A DNA stretch of 55,016 nucleotides from Octopus bimaculoides (GCF_001194135.2 NC_069001.1:36809747-36864762), one strand, 5' to 3'; shown: positions 25,160 through 38,751, counted from the stretch's first letter. Numbers and translations are program-made. The notes: generated from the sequence alone by a model not told the origin.

Positions 25160-25473
25160 NNNNNNNNNNNNNNNNNNNNNNNNNNNNNNNNNNNNNNNNN
25201 NNNNNNNNNNNNNNNNNNNNNNNNNNNNNNNNNNNNNNNNNNNNNNNNNNNNNNNNNNNNNNNNNNNNNNNNNNNNNNNNNNNNNNNNNNAGAGAGAGAG
25301 ACAGAGAGAGAGAGACAGAGAGAGAGAGACAGAGAGAGAGAGACAGAGAGAGAGAGACAGAGAGAGAGAGACAGAGAGAGAGAGACAGAGAGAGAGAGAC
25401 AGATAAATAGATAGATAGATATACACATACACATTCATATATTTATATACATACACACACATACATACCCCTT

Positions 25474-25510
<37 letters not shown>
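25086..25510 (+). repeat. Compound microsatellite (AT)n, (AGAGAGAGAGAC)n, (CA)n around an N gap
   Basis: Direct reading. Confidence 0.9.
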
Positions 25511-25512
<2 letters not shown>

Positions 25513-25838
25513 AACTCATATTTGTATAAAATGGCCCTTCAGTCTCCATCTATCCAACCCACTCTCAAGGCTTCAGTCTGCCTAGGGGACTAAGATATAA
25601 AATACTCGGGCGAGCGATACAACATCCACTTGGACTGAACCTGAAACCTCATGATTCAGAAGCTAACTTTTTAACCAAACAGCCATGCCCGCACTGCTTC
25701 TATTTGTAAATATTGGTAAATGCTTTGCAAGAGGAGAGAGAGAAAGAAAGAGACTATCAATTAACCAAGAACAAACGAAGAAGGTCCATATTTTCAAGAG
25801 ATCAATAAGTGTATGTTGTAACATCACATTACATAATG

Positions 25839-25875
<37 letters not shown>

Positions 25876-26414
25876 CGATGATGATGATACCGTGCAACAA
25901 CAAAACCAAACATTAGTTTAAGAGGTTATGTTCGTGTAACAGCACAAGCTAAATATTGTCTTGACCAGGAAAATGAATTCTTCGTTACCGATAACCAATT
26001 AAACCGGTAATTAATACGGTGAGCGTGATGTGATTTATCCAAACACTTCACTTAATGTTAGCGCTAATGCAACAGATTGGGTTACTTGACAAGACGCTTC
26101 TAAAGATGTGGCATCTTATCTTGAAAGTCATTGGTAGCCAGAAGTGTGGATTTAGATTTCATAGGATAGATCTATGTTCAGTTTTTAAGTGTCTTGGTGG
26201 TCGTTGTTGTTGCTGTTGTTATTGGATCATTTCTGGTCAGATAAAGTATTTCATCTGTTACTGTTAGGTGAAGGATATGGCTACGAGGCTAAGAAGTTTG
26301 CTTTGTAACTCTGTAGTGTCAGGTTCAGTCCCAGGCCAACCAAATCCTTGAGAGTGGATTTGCTAAACAGAAACTGAAAGAAGCTTGTCACGTGTGTATG
26401 TGCATGTATGTGTG

Positions 26415-26458
<44 letters not shown>

Positions 26459-26461
26459 CCA

Positions 26462-26845
<384 letters not shown>

Positions 26846-28125
26846 AGAAATGTAAAGATCTGAAAACAGAGATAACCAAATTCCATAAAAAACACACATA
26901 AAACTGATTCTGGTAGTTTTGCCACTTTAAATAATGAAACAAAACTTTGAATGTCTCATTCGAGATATTCACACCAATTTCTGATTTCCAAACAATACTG
27001 AATCGGTATCAAGCCACAGATCTAAGAAAAATCTAATCTGGCAAAGTGATCACTTCTCCCTCCATTACAAAAATAATCTCAATAATAATAATATGAATAA
27101 TAATAATAATAATAGTAATAGTAATAATAATAATAATAGCTGCCTTGTGAAATATTTAGAAATAAATATGCAGCAAAGTGCATGACCAAAACTTGCATAA
27201 CTTGCAGAAATGCATAAGACAAAATTGCTGCAATAAATGTTGCATATTTATTGCAGAGAATAACAATCAATATAGTTGAAAATAATAAAAACAAATACAA
27301 ACAAAGAAACCTACACATAGTCATGAGACATCCAATTTGAACTCAGAACATAAAGACAGACGAAATGCTGCTAAGCATTTTGCCAAGGATGCTAACAATA
27401 CTGTTAGTTTGCTTCCTTAATAATGATAATCTTATAATAATTCTGCTTGTCATTGTGTTACTTAGCCCATTGGTAACACTTTCACGTGATTAGAGAAAAG
27501 GAGAGAGAGAAAGAGGGGGAGGGAATGTAATTGTAAAGTTTTCATGTGATCAGTTGAAGGGAAAGAAAGTAGAGAGAAAAAGGAGAGAGAGAGAGAAAAG
27601 AGGATAAGGTGAAGTGTGAGACAGAAAGAGGAAGAAAGGAAAAGTGGGAGAGAGGCATCTATGATGTGAGGCAGGAGGAATGTAATATTTATTACGTGGT
27701 TAAAAAAGTTAGTTAAAGGTAGAGGAAGGGAGTTAAAAATATAATTTTAGCAGAGGGGTGATGTTCTGATGGTGAGGTTAAAGAAAGGCAGAGAGAGAGG
27801 ATGGAAAGAGAGAGGGAGAGAGAGAGAGTGATGATGGTGGTGATGGTAGTGGTGGTCGTGATTGGATAGTGAAAAGTGTATGTTTTTTAACTGAACTAAG
27901 TTTTTTATATCACCCATCATTTAATGCATGCGTATAAGTGCAATTCTGTGAAATATTCATGCTTATTTGAGTGGCAGATATACGCAATTTAACTAAAGGT
28001 TGTATCATATGTATAGGAGATTTTTTTTTTGTTTATAGGGGAAATGGAAAAATACAAATGAATATTTATCTTATGAGTGGTGTGCATTAAGTCTATAAAA
28101 TTATACATGGAGTATATAAAGTGTA

Positions 28126-28163
<38 letters not shown>

Positions 28164-28400
28164 GTGCATTAAGTAATCATATTCCAATTTCTTTCACTTT
28201 TCAATGAGAAGTGACTATCTTCTCATACAGACACAACACAGGCTACGCTTTCAGGCTTTTTGAATAAAGATTTCAGAAACAACCTAATAGGTGTACCATT
28301 GATTCCATGAAATGTTCACGGGTCCCACAAGTAATAATAACAACAACAATTATAAATAGTAATAAATAGCAACAACAACAACAATTGGAATGATACTTAC

Positions 28401-28737
28401 CAAGAGGTTCGCTGATAGCCGATATCTCGATGTGTGACAAATTATATATGGGGTAGACAAAACCCTGTAGAAGGTCGGAGAAGCCCAAACTGAGAAGAAA
28501 CCAGTTACAACAATATTGTAATTGGCGGTGTCTTATTATTGTACTAATTACCAGTGAATTGCCAGTTAAATTAACGACGGCCACCAAACAGAACACTCCA
28601 TAATAATAAATGTAGAATTCCCAGCTTTCGTTTTGCAGATCCAATTCCTCATTTTCACCAGACGTTTCATTCGGTGCCAACAGAGGAACCATTGTGGATA
28701 ACGGTTGTGTCCAGTTGGAGAAAGTCATCATTTTCAT
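28401..28737 (-). CDS. Class A GPCR first coding exon (N-terminus, TM1, TM2): MKMMTFSNWTQPL...GVFCLVAVVNLTGNSLVISTIIRHRQLQYCCNWFLLSLGFSDLLQGFVYPIYNLSHIEISAISEPL(G)
   Basis: Three N-glycosylation sequons (NWT, NET, NES), GNxLV in TM1 and LxxSD in TM2. Donor CTTG|gtaagt (phase 1) joins exon 2 as G|GA. Acceptor tttgtttatgcag sits flush with the ATG. The true start could be any of three Met codons at 28737, 28731 or 28728. Confidence 0.93.
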
Positions 28738-28874
28738 CTGCATAAACAAACATATATACATAAATACATATACATAAATACATATATACTACATATACAT
28801 ATACATAAATACATACATATATATAAATTGCCATTTATGTATCAACTCTTGTATTCATTTATTCTTTTAATTGC

Positions 28875-29062
28875 TTCAGTCATTTGACTGTGGCCATGCT
28901 GGAGCACCACCTTTTAGCCGAACAAATCGACCTCTGGACCTATTCTTTGTAAGCTTGGTACATATTTTATCAGTCTCTTTTGCCAAACCACTAAGTTACA
29001 GGGATGTAAATACACCAACATTGGTTGTTAAGCGATGGTGAAGGGACAAATACAGACAAAAA

Positions 29063-29070
<8 letters not shown>
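28875..29070 (-). mobile_element. SINE family D copy
   Basis: cttcagtcatttgactgtggccatgctggagcacc...ttttgccaaaccactaagttacagggatgtaaatacaccaacattggttgttaagcg. Confidence 0.8.
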
Positions 29071-29148
<78 letters not shown>

Positions 29149-30853
29149 TGCAGCAATATATATATATATAATAAATGGCGGTGCCCCAGCATGGCCACAG
29201 CTCAAGAGCTGAAACTAGACAAAATGAAAAAATGAAAATGATATGTGTGTGTGTGTGTGTGCGTGTGTAGTCAAAAGATGAGAGCCAGGGATGCGCAATA
29301 TAGAAAACATTGTAGTGCTCAAATGATTTGAACCTAAACTCCAAAGACTTTACCAAGAACTAGGTCCAAGAGATAAAGAGTGGCAATATCTTCATCCATC
29401 TCTCTTCCTCTATGTGTATATATATATTTATATATATATAATGTATTCCAGTGGATACCAAGTTCAAAAGGATCATTATCACTCAATGTCCATTTTTTTT
29501 ATGCTGATACAGGCTGGATCGTTTAACAGGATCTGACAAGCTGCAGGATTGCATCAAGCACCAATGTAGGCCTGGTTTCTACAGCTGGCAGCCATTCCTA
29601 CCACCAACTACTTCATGTGCCTACTGAGTGGTTTCTTCTTACCACTCGCCCTACCAAGTGTTGAGAAGCTAAAGCATGACAGGAAGAGGTGCAGATGTCT
29701 TGACGTAGAAGAGACACATGGCCTTCCTGCATTATGTCTACTACTTGTAGTTGAGAAGACATTCATACGGATGTGCGTGCATGTGTGGGTGGGGTTGGGG
29801 TTGGGGTTGAGGCAGCTCCAACCAATCAGTTCACCATGTCCCTGACAGTCCACATCTGACCACATCTGACTGCCAGCTCTAACGTTCTAACAAGCTCCTG
29901 CCTGTGGCTCAAAAATCCAGCTAACAAAATTTGACAAATGCCCCACAGAGGGAGCAAGTGTGTTGGATAGCGCGGATGCCACAGCCATAGTTATCATTTG
30001 TTGTTGAGGTGTAGAGGTCGTGCTTGGAATTTCAGTGTGAATACATGTTCCCATGTGGTCCTAGGTCACATGCATACACACTTTGGGATACTGAGATCCA
30101 TAGCAGCTCAACTTGCCATTGATTGCTGACCGTCACAGATGGTTTGCTGACCAAGTCACCACTGATTATCAAAACAGATGAAGCCTTGGTCTGTTTATGT
30201 TAGACTGGGTGAGAGCAACTGGTAAGAAGATGGAAACGGTCATGATGAGATGCAAGAATGAACTCTCAAAGTATGAGAAAGTGAGTTAAAAAGAGAATAA
30301 AGGCTGTTGATGAGGGCGGAGAGGGATAATTTCATAAGAGTATGAAAGGAGAGTGACAGATGGTTAGAGGTGGGGACAGAGATGACTATGGGACATTTCA
30401 GTATGGAAAGAGAAGGGGTAAGGTGGGAGTGTTAGAAGTGGCTCAGGAAGGACGGGGTAACAAGGGGCAACTGTAGATAGATCAAAAAGTAGCAAGATGA
30501 TGTGTAGGGTGTAGGAATGGGGCGGAGGGAGGTATATAGTAACAGAGATGGACATAAGGGTGTTGGTATCTGGTCTCCGGGACATAAGAGTGGCTAGAGT
30601 AAGTGGGGACAGAGTATCAGTGGTGGACAAGAGAGGACATTGAGAATGTAAGCAGGTATGAGAGGTGTTATGGATGGAATACGGTAGACCCAAAATGTGA
30701 CTATGAGGAGTTGGGGGAGTGGTGGAGATAACTGAGGGGACTGAAAGGGCATGACTGGGAAAGGATGATGATGATGAGAATAAGGACTGGATGCTTATAG
30801 GAAATGGTTCCAGTGGGAAGAATAGATAACTGATAGCATTAAAAAAACAGTGG

Positions 30854-30885
<32 letters not shown>

Positions 30886-31562
30886 NNNNNNNNNNNNNNN
30901 NNNNNNNNNNNNNNNNNNNNNNNNNNNNNNNNNNNNNNNNNNNNNNNNNNNNNNNNNNNNNNNNNNNNNNNNNNNNNNNNNNNNNNNNNNNNNNNNNNNN
31001 NNNNNNNNNNNNNNNNNNNNNNNNNNNNNNNNNNNNNNNNNNNNNNNNNNNNNNNNNNNNNNNNNNNNNNNNNNNNNNNNNNNNNNNNNNNNNNNNNNNN
31101 NNNNNNNNNNNNNNNNNNNNNNNNNNNNNNNNNNNNNNNNNNNNNNNNNNNNNNNNNNNNNNNNNNNNNNNNNNNNNNNNNNNNNNNNNNNNNNNNNNNN
31201 NNNNNNNNNNNNNNNNNNNNNNNNNNNNNNNNNNNNNNNNNNNNNNNNNNNNNNNNNNNNNNNNNNNNNNNNNNNNNNNNNNNNNNNNNNNNNNNNNNNN
31301 NNNNNNNNNNNNNNNNNNNNNNNNNNNNNNNNNNNNNNNNNNNNNNNNNNNNNNNNNNNNNNNNNNNNNNNNNNNNNNNNNNNNNNNNNNNNNNNNNNNN
31401 NNNNNNNNNNNNNNNNNNNNNNNNNNNNNNNNNNNNNNNNNNNNNNNNNNNNNNNNNNNNNNNNNNNNNNNNNNNNNNNNNNNNNNNNNNNNNNNNNNNN
31501 NNNNNNNNNNNNNNNNNNNNNNNNNNNNNNNNNNNNNNNNNNNNNNNNNNNNNNNNNNNNNN
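30886..31562. other. 677-N assembly gap flanked by (TG)n and (TA)n/(TAGA)n
   Basis: Direct reading. Confidence 0.95.
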
Positions 31563-31571
31563 TATATATAT

Positions 31572-31608
<37 letters not shown>

Positions 31609-32394
31609 CAGACACACACACACACATATACATACATGAATTACATTCATATATATGTTTATTTTTTTTACATCAATTAAAATTCATATTTACATGTATC
31701 TATTTTCATCAATTTATAAATATTCAAGAATATAAATACCACATATATATATGTGTGTGTCTGTTTGTATATATATATATATACTCTTTTACTCAATTAT
31801 ATATATATATAGATCATATATACATACATGCTCATCAATATATATCTGATTTCTTATCTATACATGTGTAAGTGTGTGTGTGAGTCATCAAATAAATTAT
31901 ATATCCATCAATACTTGCCTTTCTTATTTCCCTCCAGTTGTAATTCTCAGCAGAATATATAAATATGTTATATTTGTGTCTTAGAAGTCTCTCCTTTCGT
32001 TGATGCTGTTTCAGTAAGTAAATAGACAAGGCAAGCCTATCACAGTCCAGTCTGTGTCTCTTAGCTTCAAGTTTCTCAGTTCAGCTGTCACACTACACAG
32101 AACAGGAAACCAATAGTCCGACAAGTGTTCCGAGAGATGGGGAGAGTGCGGGAGAGAGAGAGAGATACAGGGAGAGACGGGGAGGGAGGGAGAAATATTG
32201 GAAGAGAATGTGAAGAAGAGAGAGAGAGAGAGAGAGAGGGAGATAATGTGAGATGCTGTGAAGTTCAGAGCAATGTACACAGAGAAGCGTTTCCCTGTAA
32301 ACCCCTCTGCGACCTCAACCATCCTTCTCCCCTCTGGTACTGGACATTATCAATAGTAGTGACACAGAGGCATCCGTGATGGCTTTGATGATAA

Positions 32395-32971
32395 CAGGGA
32401 TAATGATGATGATGATGATGATGACGAATATGATGAAAATGGTGGTGGTGGTGATGACGATGATGAAAATGATGTTGGTGGTGATGATGATGATGAAAAT
32501 GATGGTGGTGGTGGTGATGATGAGAATGGTGGTGGTGGTAGTGGTGATGACAAAAATGATGGTGGTGGTGATGATGATGGTGGTGGTGGTAGTGGTGGTT
32601 TATTGGTGTTTGTGGTGGTGCTGTTATGATGATGAGGAGGAATATGATGAGGATGATGTGGAGAAGTAGGGGGATGATTTTGATGATGACGACAATGGTG
32701 GTGTTTGTGGTGGGGGTGGTTATGGTGATGATTATGATGATGATGATGGTGGTGTGGAAAATTAGGGAAATGACGGTGACGATGGTGGTGGTGGCGTTTA
32801 TGATGTGATGATGATAATGATGCGGAGATGAAGAAGCAGGGAGGGGATGAGGATGTCAAAGACAGCAAAAAAACAGAAGAAAAAGAGGAAGAGGAGTGAA
32901 AGATGATGGTGATGGTTATGATGATGATGATTATGAGAAGGGTGCAGGATGGTTATGGAATGGTAATAAAT

Positions 32972-33015
<44 letters not shown>

Positions 33016-33240
33016 ACTAATGATGCTGATGGTGGTAACAATACAAATGATTGCAATAGTGCTGGTAGTGATGATGATGATGACGATGACGACAACGATA
33101 GTACTTATAATAGTATTGGTGGTGATGACATCTTGGTGGTGGTGGTGAAAGTGATGATGATGATGATAATGTTAGTAGTGATGATACTAATGATGATGAT
33201 GATGATGGTGTTGGTGGTAATGATGATGATGATGACACTG
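32395..33240 (+). repeat. Long degenerate (GAT)/(GGT) trinucleotide region
   Basis: Direct reading; source of the poly-M/V/D/H ORFs. Confidence 0.9.
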
Positions 33241-33740
33241 TTGAGTGCATCTCCTATACTTTCTATAAAGATTAGAGCAAGAACTAAACTATTAACTGTT
33301 GTAGGTGGCAGAGAGTATTGGGGGGGGGGGGGCAGTGGTGGTGGTGATAGGTATGTAAGGGAAAGGTTCAGAAAGGAAATGGACAGACCAGAAAATGATG
33401 GATGAGGCTGACGGAGAGAGAGACAACAGCAAGGGAGGAAACTCTTGGTAGAAATTCCATTCATTGAATCTATTGAAATTCTTCTCTCATCCAGAATGCT
33501 TAACAGGAATATTGAAAATGGCCTCAGCATTTGTCTAATACTTTAGCGAACCCCATCCTGGATGAAGGACAGAATCAATCTTAAATCAAGAAATAGTGTA
33601 ATGAAATTTGTACATCCTTAAAGAGATCTAAATTAAAACGTTCCATCAAAATTTCATGCAAAAATGGTTTCAAACACTAGATTAATAATGAGAAAGTTAT
33701 TTTACTAAATTCTTCATTATTTAAAAAATTATTCAAACAA

Positions 33741-34030
33741 TCATCATCATCATCATCATCGTTTAACGTCTGCTTTCCATGCTGGCATGGGTTGGACGAT
33801 TTGACTGAGGACTGGTGAAGCCAGGAGGCAACACCAGGCTCCAATCTGATTTGGCAGAGTTTCTACAGCTGGATGCCCTTCCTAACGCCAACCACTCCGA
33901 GAGTGTAGTGAGTGCTTTTTACATGCCACTGGCACGAGGGCCAGTCAGGCAGGTACTGGCGACGGCCACGCTCGAAATGGTGTATTTTACGTGCCACCTG
34001 CACAGGAGCCAGTCCATCGGCACTGGCAAC
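33741..34030 (-). mobile_element. Family B retroposon, well-preserved copy
   Basis: catcatcatcgtttaacgtctgctttccatgctggcatgggttggacgatttgactgagg...ggatgcccttcctaacgccaaccactccgagagtgtagtg. Confidence 0.85.
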
Positions 34031-34554
34031 GAATGGCAGTGTATTTCTACAGAAGTACATTTGTTGGGTGCCTGATCACTGGAAACAAAAAGTTTGTTAT
34101 ACTCTAAATATAATTTTTTTAAATGGTTAATCTTATTCTTTTTGTTGACCCTTTATGTGCAAAATTTGAATTTCTTGGTTATTCCAGTAATCATCATCGT
34201 TATCATTTAATATTTATTTTCCGTGCTGGCATGGGTTGGATAGCAAGGCCAGGGCCACATCTGGTTCCATAGTCTGTTTGGCTTTGGTTTCCACAGCTGA
34301 ATGCCCTTCCTAATGCCAAACACTTTACAGAGTAGAATGAGGTTTGATATCGACCAAAAATGGAATTGGCATTTTCTGTGAATAACACTGCCTCCATAAA
34401 CTTGACATATCTCAACAAAAATTGAATAATGTCAAGCATGACATTCTTAAACAAAAGATGGAATGGTACATAAAGTTGCCCTTCTGCAAATAAGACTAAT
34501 GACATTTTGAGTGGATATATCCACAGGGGGCTAAACATGAACAAGGACAGACAA

Positions 34555-34720
34555 AGGGATTAAGTCGATTACATCGACCCCAGTGCATAATTGGTACTTA
34601 TTTAATCGACCCCAAAAAGATGAAAGGCAAAGTCGACCTTGGCGGAATTTGAACTCAGAACGTAACGGCAGGTGAAATACCGTTAAGCATTTCGCCCGGC
34701 ATGCTAATGTTTCTGCCAGC
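34555..34720 (-). mobile_element. Family A SINE
   Basis: Reverse complement of 15411-15590, with B-box gaatttgaactc. Confidence 0.85.
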
Positions 34721-34874
34721 TAATAATATTTAATTGCTAAAACAGGAGATTTTAGACATTCAATGGCTACGAGGGTTTCATCTCCCTCCCCCCACATAAA
34801 ATAGGAATCAAAGGGGTCCAGGGGTAAAAAATAGTTGAGAACCAATGATATGTATGGGTATAACTTTGTCATGT

Positions 34875-34877
34875 GTG

Positions 34878-34911
<34 letters not shown>

Positions 34912-35410
34912 AGTAGTGACATGGTAGTGGTGTTGATAATGATAATGATGATGGTGGTAGTGGTGGTGGCAGCGACAGTGTAGCAGCAGCAAAGGTAGTA
35001 GAGGGGGTGGGAGTGGATGGCAGTGGTGGTTGTAGCAGCAACCGTGGTGGTGGTGGCAGTAGTTACAACAGTCGTGGCAGTGAGAATGAAGGGCATGGTG
35101 GTGATGGTGAAGGTGGAGATGATGATATTGATGACAATGACAAATCCTTAGACTGAGCTAATGGAAATAAACGAGGCGAGGATAATGAGGAAAACCAGAA
35201 GTGACATATTGCTTGTAAGAAAGAAGACCTCAATGTGTGTGTGTGCACGTGTTTGTGTGTGTGTGTGTGTGAATGAGTATGTGTATGAGAGTGAGCGTTT
35301 GTGAGGGAGGTGAACATGACTGTGAGCATGAGTGTGTGTGTGTGTCTGTGAGCATGTATGTTTTGTGTGTGTGTGAGGGAGAGAGTGTGTGTTTGTGTGT
35401 GTGCACATGC
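34875..35410 (+). repeat. (GAT)/(GGT) tract followed by a (GT)n-rich tract
   Basis: Direct reading. Confidence 0.85.
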
Positions 35411-36165
35411 ATGTATGTGGGAACAAGTGATCAAACTCTCAGAGTTCTGCTTTGTCACTGACTTAGAATTAAGCACCAGCATTGACCCTCCCCTCATAAA
35501 AGGGGAGTGAGATCAGGGGCTGAGCTGGGTCTGAATAACAGCATTAACCCCAATAATTTGAATAGGAGCTGAGCCTGGCCTAAACAACATAATCAAATTC
35601 CCTAATTTACAGGGAATCTGTTTGGTTTGGTCAGGAGTGATCATTGGACAAAACAGCATCTCTGAGATGGATTAGTTTAGTGTTTCTCATAGTGAAAGCT
35701 TGGTTCCTATCTAAAAACATCAGAGAAAGAAACCTGTTTCTTGCAACAGAATCATCTAAAACAAAAGTGTTTCATGGATCCATAAAATACTGTTGTGGAC
35801 AAAAATCTTGTAAGGACCCCCGAGGGGTATATGAGCCCTAAGAGGTCATATGGAGCCCAGTTGAGAACAACTGATCAAATCCAATACTGAAAGCCTTTGG
35901 TTATATAATTCCACTGAAGAATATCCGAGGCCAAACAATACAAGACATTTCACTGTTTTGGATTCAGTCAGCTGCTGCTTCTGACATTTTTACCAAACGG
36001 TTCTCATGTCTCTTACAGTAATAAATGATGACTTCAGAGTTATATTTGTTTATAGGAAATAAATAACAGAAGATAAACAAACATTAAGGCCAATTATTGT
36101 AGATAAGATTGTAACTATTCACTCTGGCCTAATAACCTTGTATTGAGATATGGAAAATGCGTTGG

Positions 36166-36211
<46 letters not shown>

Positions 36212-36305
36212 TAATAATAAGGGTAGGAATTGATATTAATCAATTAAAACCAGTGGTCCAGCATAGTCATTCCTCTTATTTGTGTGTATATACATATATA
36301 TATAT

Positions 36306-36340
<35 letters not shown>

Positions 36341-36552
36341 NNNNNNNNNNNNNNNNNNNNNNNNNNNNNNNNNNNNNNNNNNNNNNNNNNNNNNNNNNNN
36401 NNNNNNNNNNNNNNNNNNNNNNNNNNNNNNNNNNNNNNNNNNNNNNNNNNNNNNNNNNNNNNNNNNNNNNNNNNNNNNNNNNNNNNNNNNNNNNNNNNNN
36501 NNNNNNNNNNNNNNNNNNNNNNNNNNNNNNNNNNNNNNNNNNNNNNNNNNNN

Positions 36553-36596
<44 letters not shown>

Positions 36597-36624
36597 TTAT
36601 ATACATACATACATATTGTTTTCG

Positions 36625-36780
36625 CAGTTGACGAGTGCTATCCAAGAGTTTGGGAAAGGCCACTTGGAAGGCCTCTACAACAATGAGAAGACAATTTATG
36701 TCGAGATGGAAAAGAATTGGAAGTGCATTGTGACCAGTGGTGTATAACAGCACCATATGGTATGGTCAATACTGTGAGAT
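36625..36780 (+). mobile_element. Decayed RTE-type LINE 3' fragment
   Basis: ECYPRVWERPLGRPLQQ*EDNL resembles the RTE RT C-terminal W-x-PR-x2-KRPxGRP-x2-RWxD motif. Confidence 0.55.
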
Positions 36781-37100
36781 ATCATCATCATTGTTTAACG
36801 TCTTCTTTCCATGCTGGTATGGGTTGGACAGTCTGACTGAAAACCGGTAAGCTGGGGAGCTGCACCAGGTTCCAGTTCTGACTTGGCCTGGTTTCTACAG
36901 CTGGATGCCCTTCCTAATGCCAACCACTCCAAGAGTGTAGTGGGTACTTTTTGTGTGCCACCAGCATGGGTGTCATTCGCATGACACCACCAATGATTTC
37001 TTAGGTGCCATTTACATGACACTGGCAACAACCATGACTATGGTTTCACTTGGCTCGACGAGTCTTCCCAAGCACAGCACATCACCAAAGTCATGGGAGC
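36781..37100 (-). mobile_element. Family B retroposon copy
   Basis: Family B motifs. Confidence 0.8.
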
Positions 37101-37245
37101 TGTGCTGTTTTCTGACTTCGTAGGCATGCCCACATGTGTTAGACACATGGAGCTCGAAAAGATGCTCAAGGTGGTGGTTGGCACAATGGTTAATAATTTT
37201 GTGGGTGTTTACTAAGTCAGTTGCCAGACGTCGGAGCTTCAATGA
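37101..37245 (-). mobile_element. CR1-type LINE RT C-terminal fragment
   Basis: LRRLATDLVNTHKII...LFELHVSNTCGHAYEVRKQ matches the CR1 pattern RRLRGDLI.TYKI...TRGH..KL.K. Confidence 0.7.
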
Positions 37246-37758
37246 TGATAACGACGATTATAATTATGAGATCTATGATGATGATGGAGTTTTTAGCAAC
37301 AGTGTTTATTACTCTAAAAGATGTGACAATGTTTGGCAAAACTGTAAGCAGCCAACTCACTGCAAAGAGCGAGATGCATAGCATCCTTTGGTCTGCTGCT
37401 GTAACATAAAATTCTATATCAAAGGCTTTCTGTATACGTTTATGAGCTGAAGCTGTGATGTAAGTATGCAGAACTAAGTGATAATTGTGTGATCAAACAC
37501 TTTTCAGTTAGATATTCCTTTTAAGGTGGATTTTTTTTTGGAAAAAAAAAAAAAAAAAAANNNNNNNNNNTTTCTAACTGTTTTTTTATTGAGCCATTTT
37601 TATAAACATTGTTTTGGATTTTAAAGTTTTCAACATTGCAGATTTAGAGATTTAGAATCTGAAAAAAGTACTTATATAAATTTATATAAAAGTACTTATA
37701 TAAAATGCAATGCATTCAACTAGAGGTTCTGAGTTCAATCCCAGGCAAAGAACTAAGA

Positions 37759-37799
37759 CACCTGAAGACAGCTGGAGTGTACACAGCTAAAACGTAGTG
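37759..37799 (+). ncRNA. Decayed minimal type I hammerhead-ribozyme motif, 18 nt downstream of a Pol III B-box
   Basis: CAC | CTGAAGA | C | AGCTG-gagtgtaca-CAGCT | AAAAC (G12>A) | GT-A | GTG. B-box GAGTTCAATCC at 37731-37741. Confidence 0.5.
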
Positions 37800-38594
37800 A
37801 AAGCAACAATCAAGATGAGGACACCGGTTCAAATAACATAAACAGTGTACATGATAAATCCTTTTTTTTTTTATTTACAAAAACATTTTTTTTTAAATCT
37901 GGTATTGATTATGGCTAAGTGGTTTACAGTTGTTTTTATCATCACCATCATCATCACTGTTTCATCATCCACTTTTTCATGTTTGCATGCATTAGAAGGA
38001 GTTTATCGAGTCAGATTTTTAACAGCAGAATCTCCTTTCTCTTGCTTGTTTCCAAACCAGTTAATATTTCCCCATGGCTAGACTTGATTTTGCAGAATAT
38101 TGGAAATGAATGATATCCACTTACAACAACCATGTGATGAAAAGACAGACACAAACATATGCACACATTATACATATATACAGTGTACACGCACACACAC
38201 TATACTCACATATACTATAGACAAACATACACACACACACACACATACTACACATGCTAATTTCAATAAAACTTTTGGCCAAAATATATTTTCCCATAAA
38301 TCTCTAAGTTCCAAGAAATAACATTTTACTAAATTCTTTGTCTTATTCAAAAATAAAACTTTTCAAAAATATTGGGTTTCTAAGAGATAAGATGTTTTAT
38401 AAGAAGCAGCTGGGATTATTATGCAACAGAATAGCCAAGATGGCAGTTGCTAGGAAACACCAATTTAAAGCAAACACTAAAGTCTTTTATAAGTAGAGAA
38501 GAATATCAAAGAAATCGAAAATGGTTAAGAAGAGTAAATGGCCAGGCTAAACGATTACCAACAACATCAAGGGATGTCAACGACAAGGCACATG

Positions 38595-38751
38595 TGTGAC
38601 TGTGGTAAGAAGCTTGCTTCCCAACCACATCCATGTCGGTTCAGTTCCACTGCATGGTACATTGGGCAAGGGTTTTCTACCATAGCCTCAAACCAACCAA
38701 AGCCTTGTGAGTGGATTTGGTAGATGGATACTGAAAGAAGCCCATCATGTA
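38595..38751 (+). mobile_element. Family C SINE abutting the tRNA pseudogene
   Basis: tgtggtaagaagcttgcttcccaaccacat...ttgggcaag...aaagccttgtgagtggatttggtagatggatactgaaagaagccc. Confidence 0.85.

Noticed and set aside
28888-29200. Apparent MITE with 21-bp terminal inverted repeats (20/21 match)
   Set aside because: The 'TIR' is the shared SINE/LINE 3' tail seen singly elsewhere (22168, ~19982). Two oppositely oriented tails explain it, and no target-site duplication was seen.
37240-37400. Minus-strand peptide QRMLCISLFAVSWLLTVLPNIV resembling a GPCR TM4
   Set aside because: No neighbouring TM3 or TM5 exons, proline misplaced, and the frame runs into a microsatellite and a CR1 fragment. It cannot be excluded as a non-coding exon.
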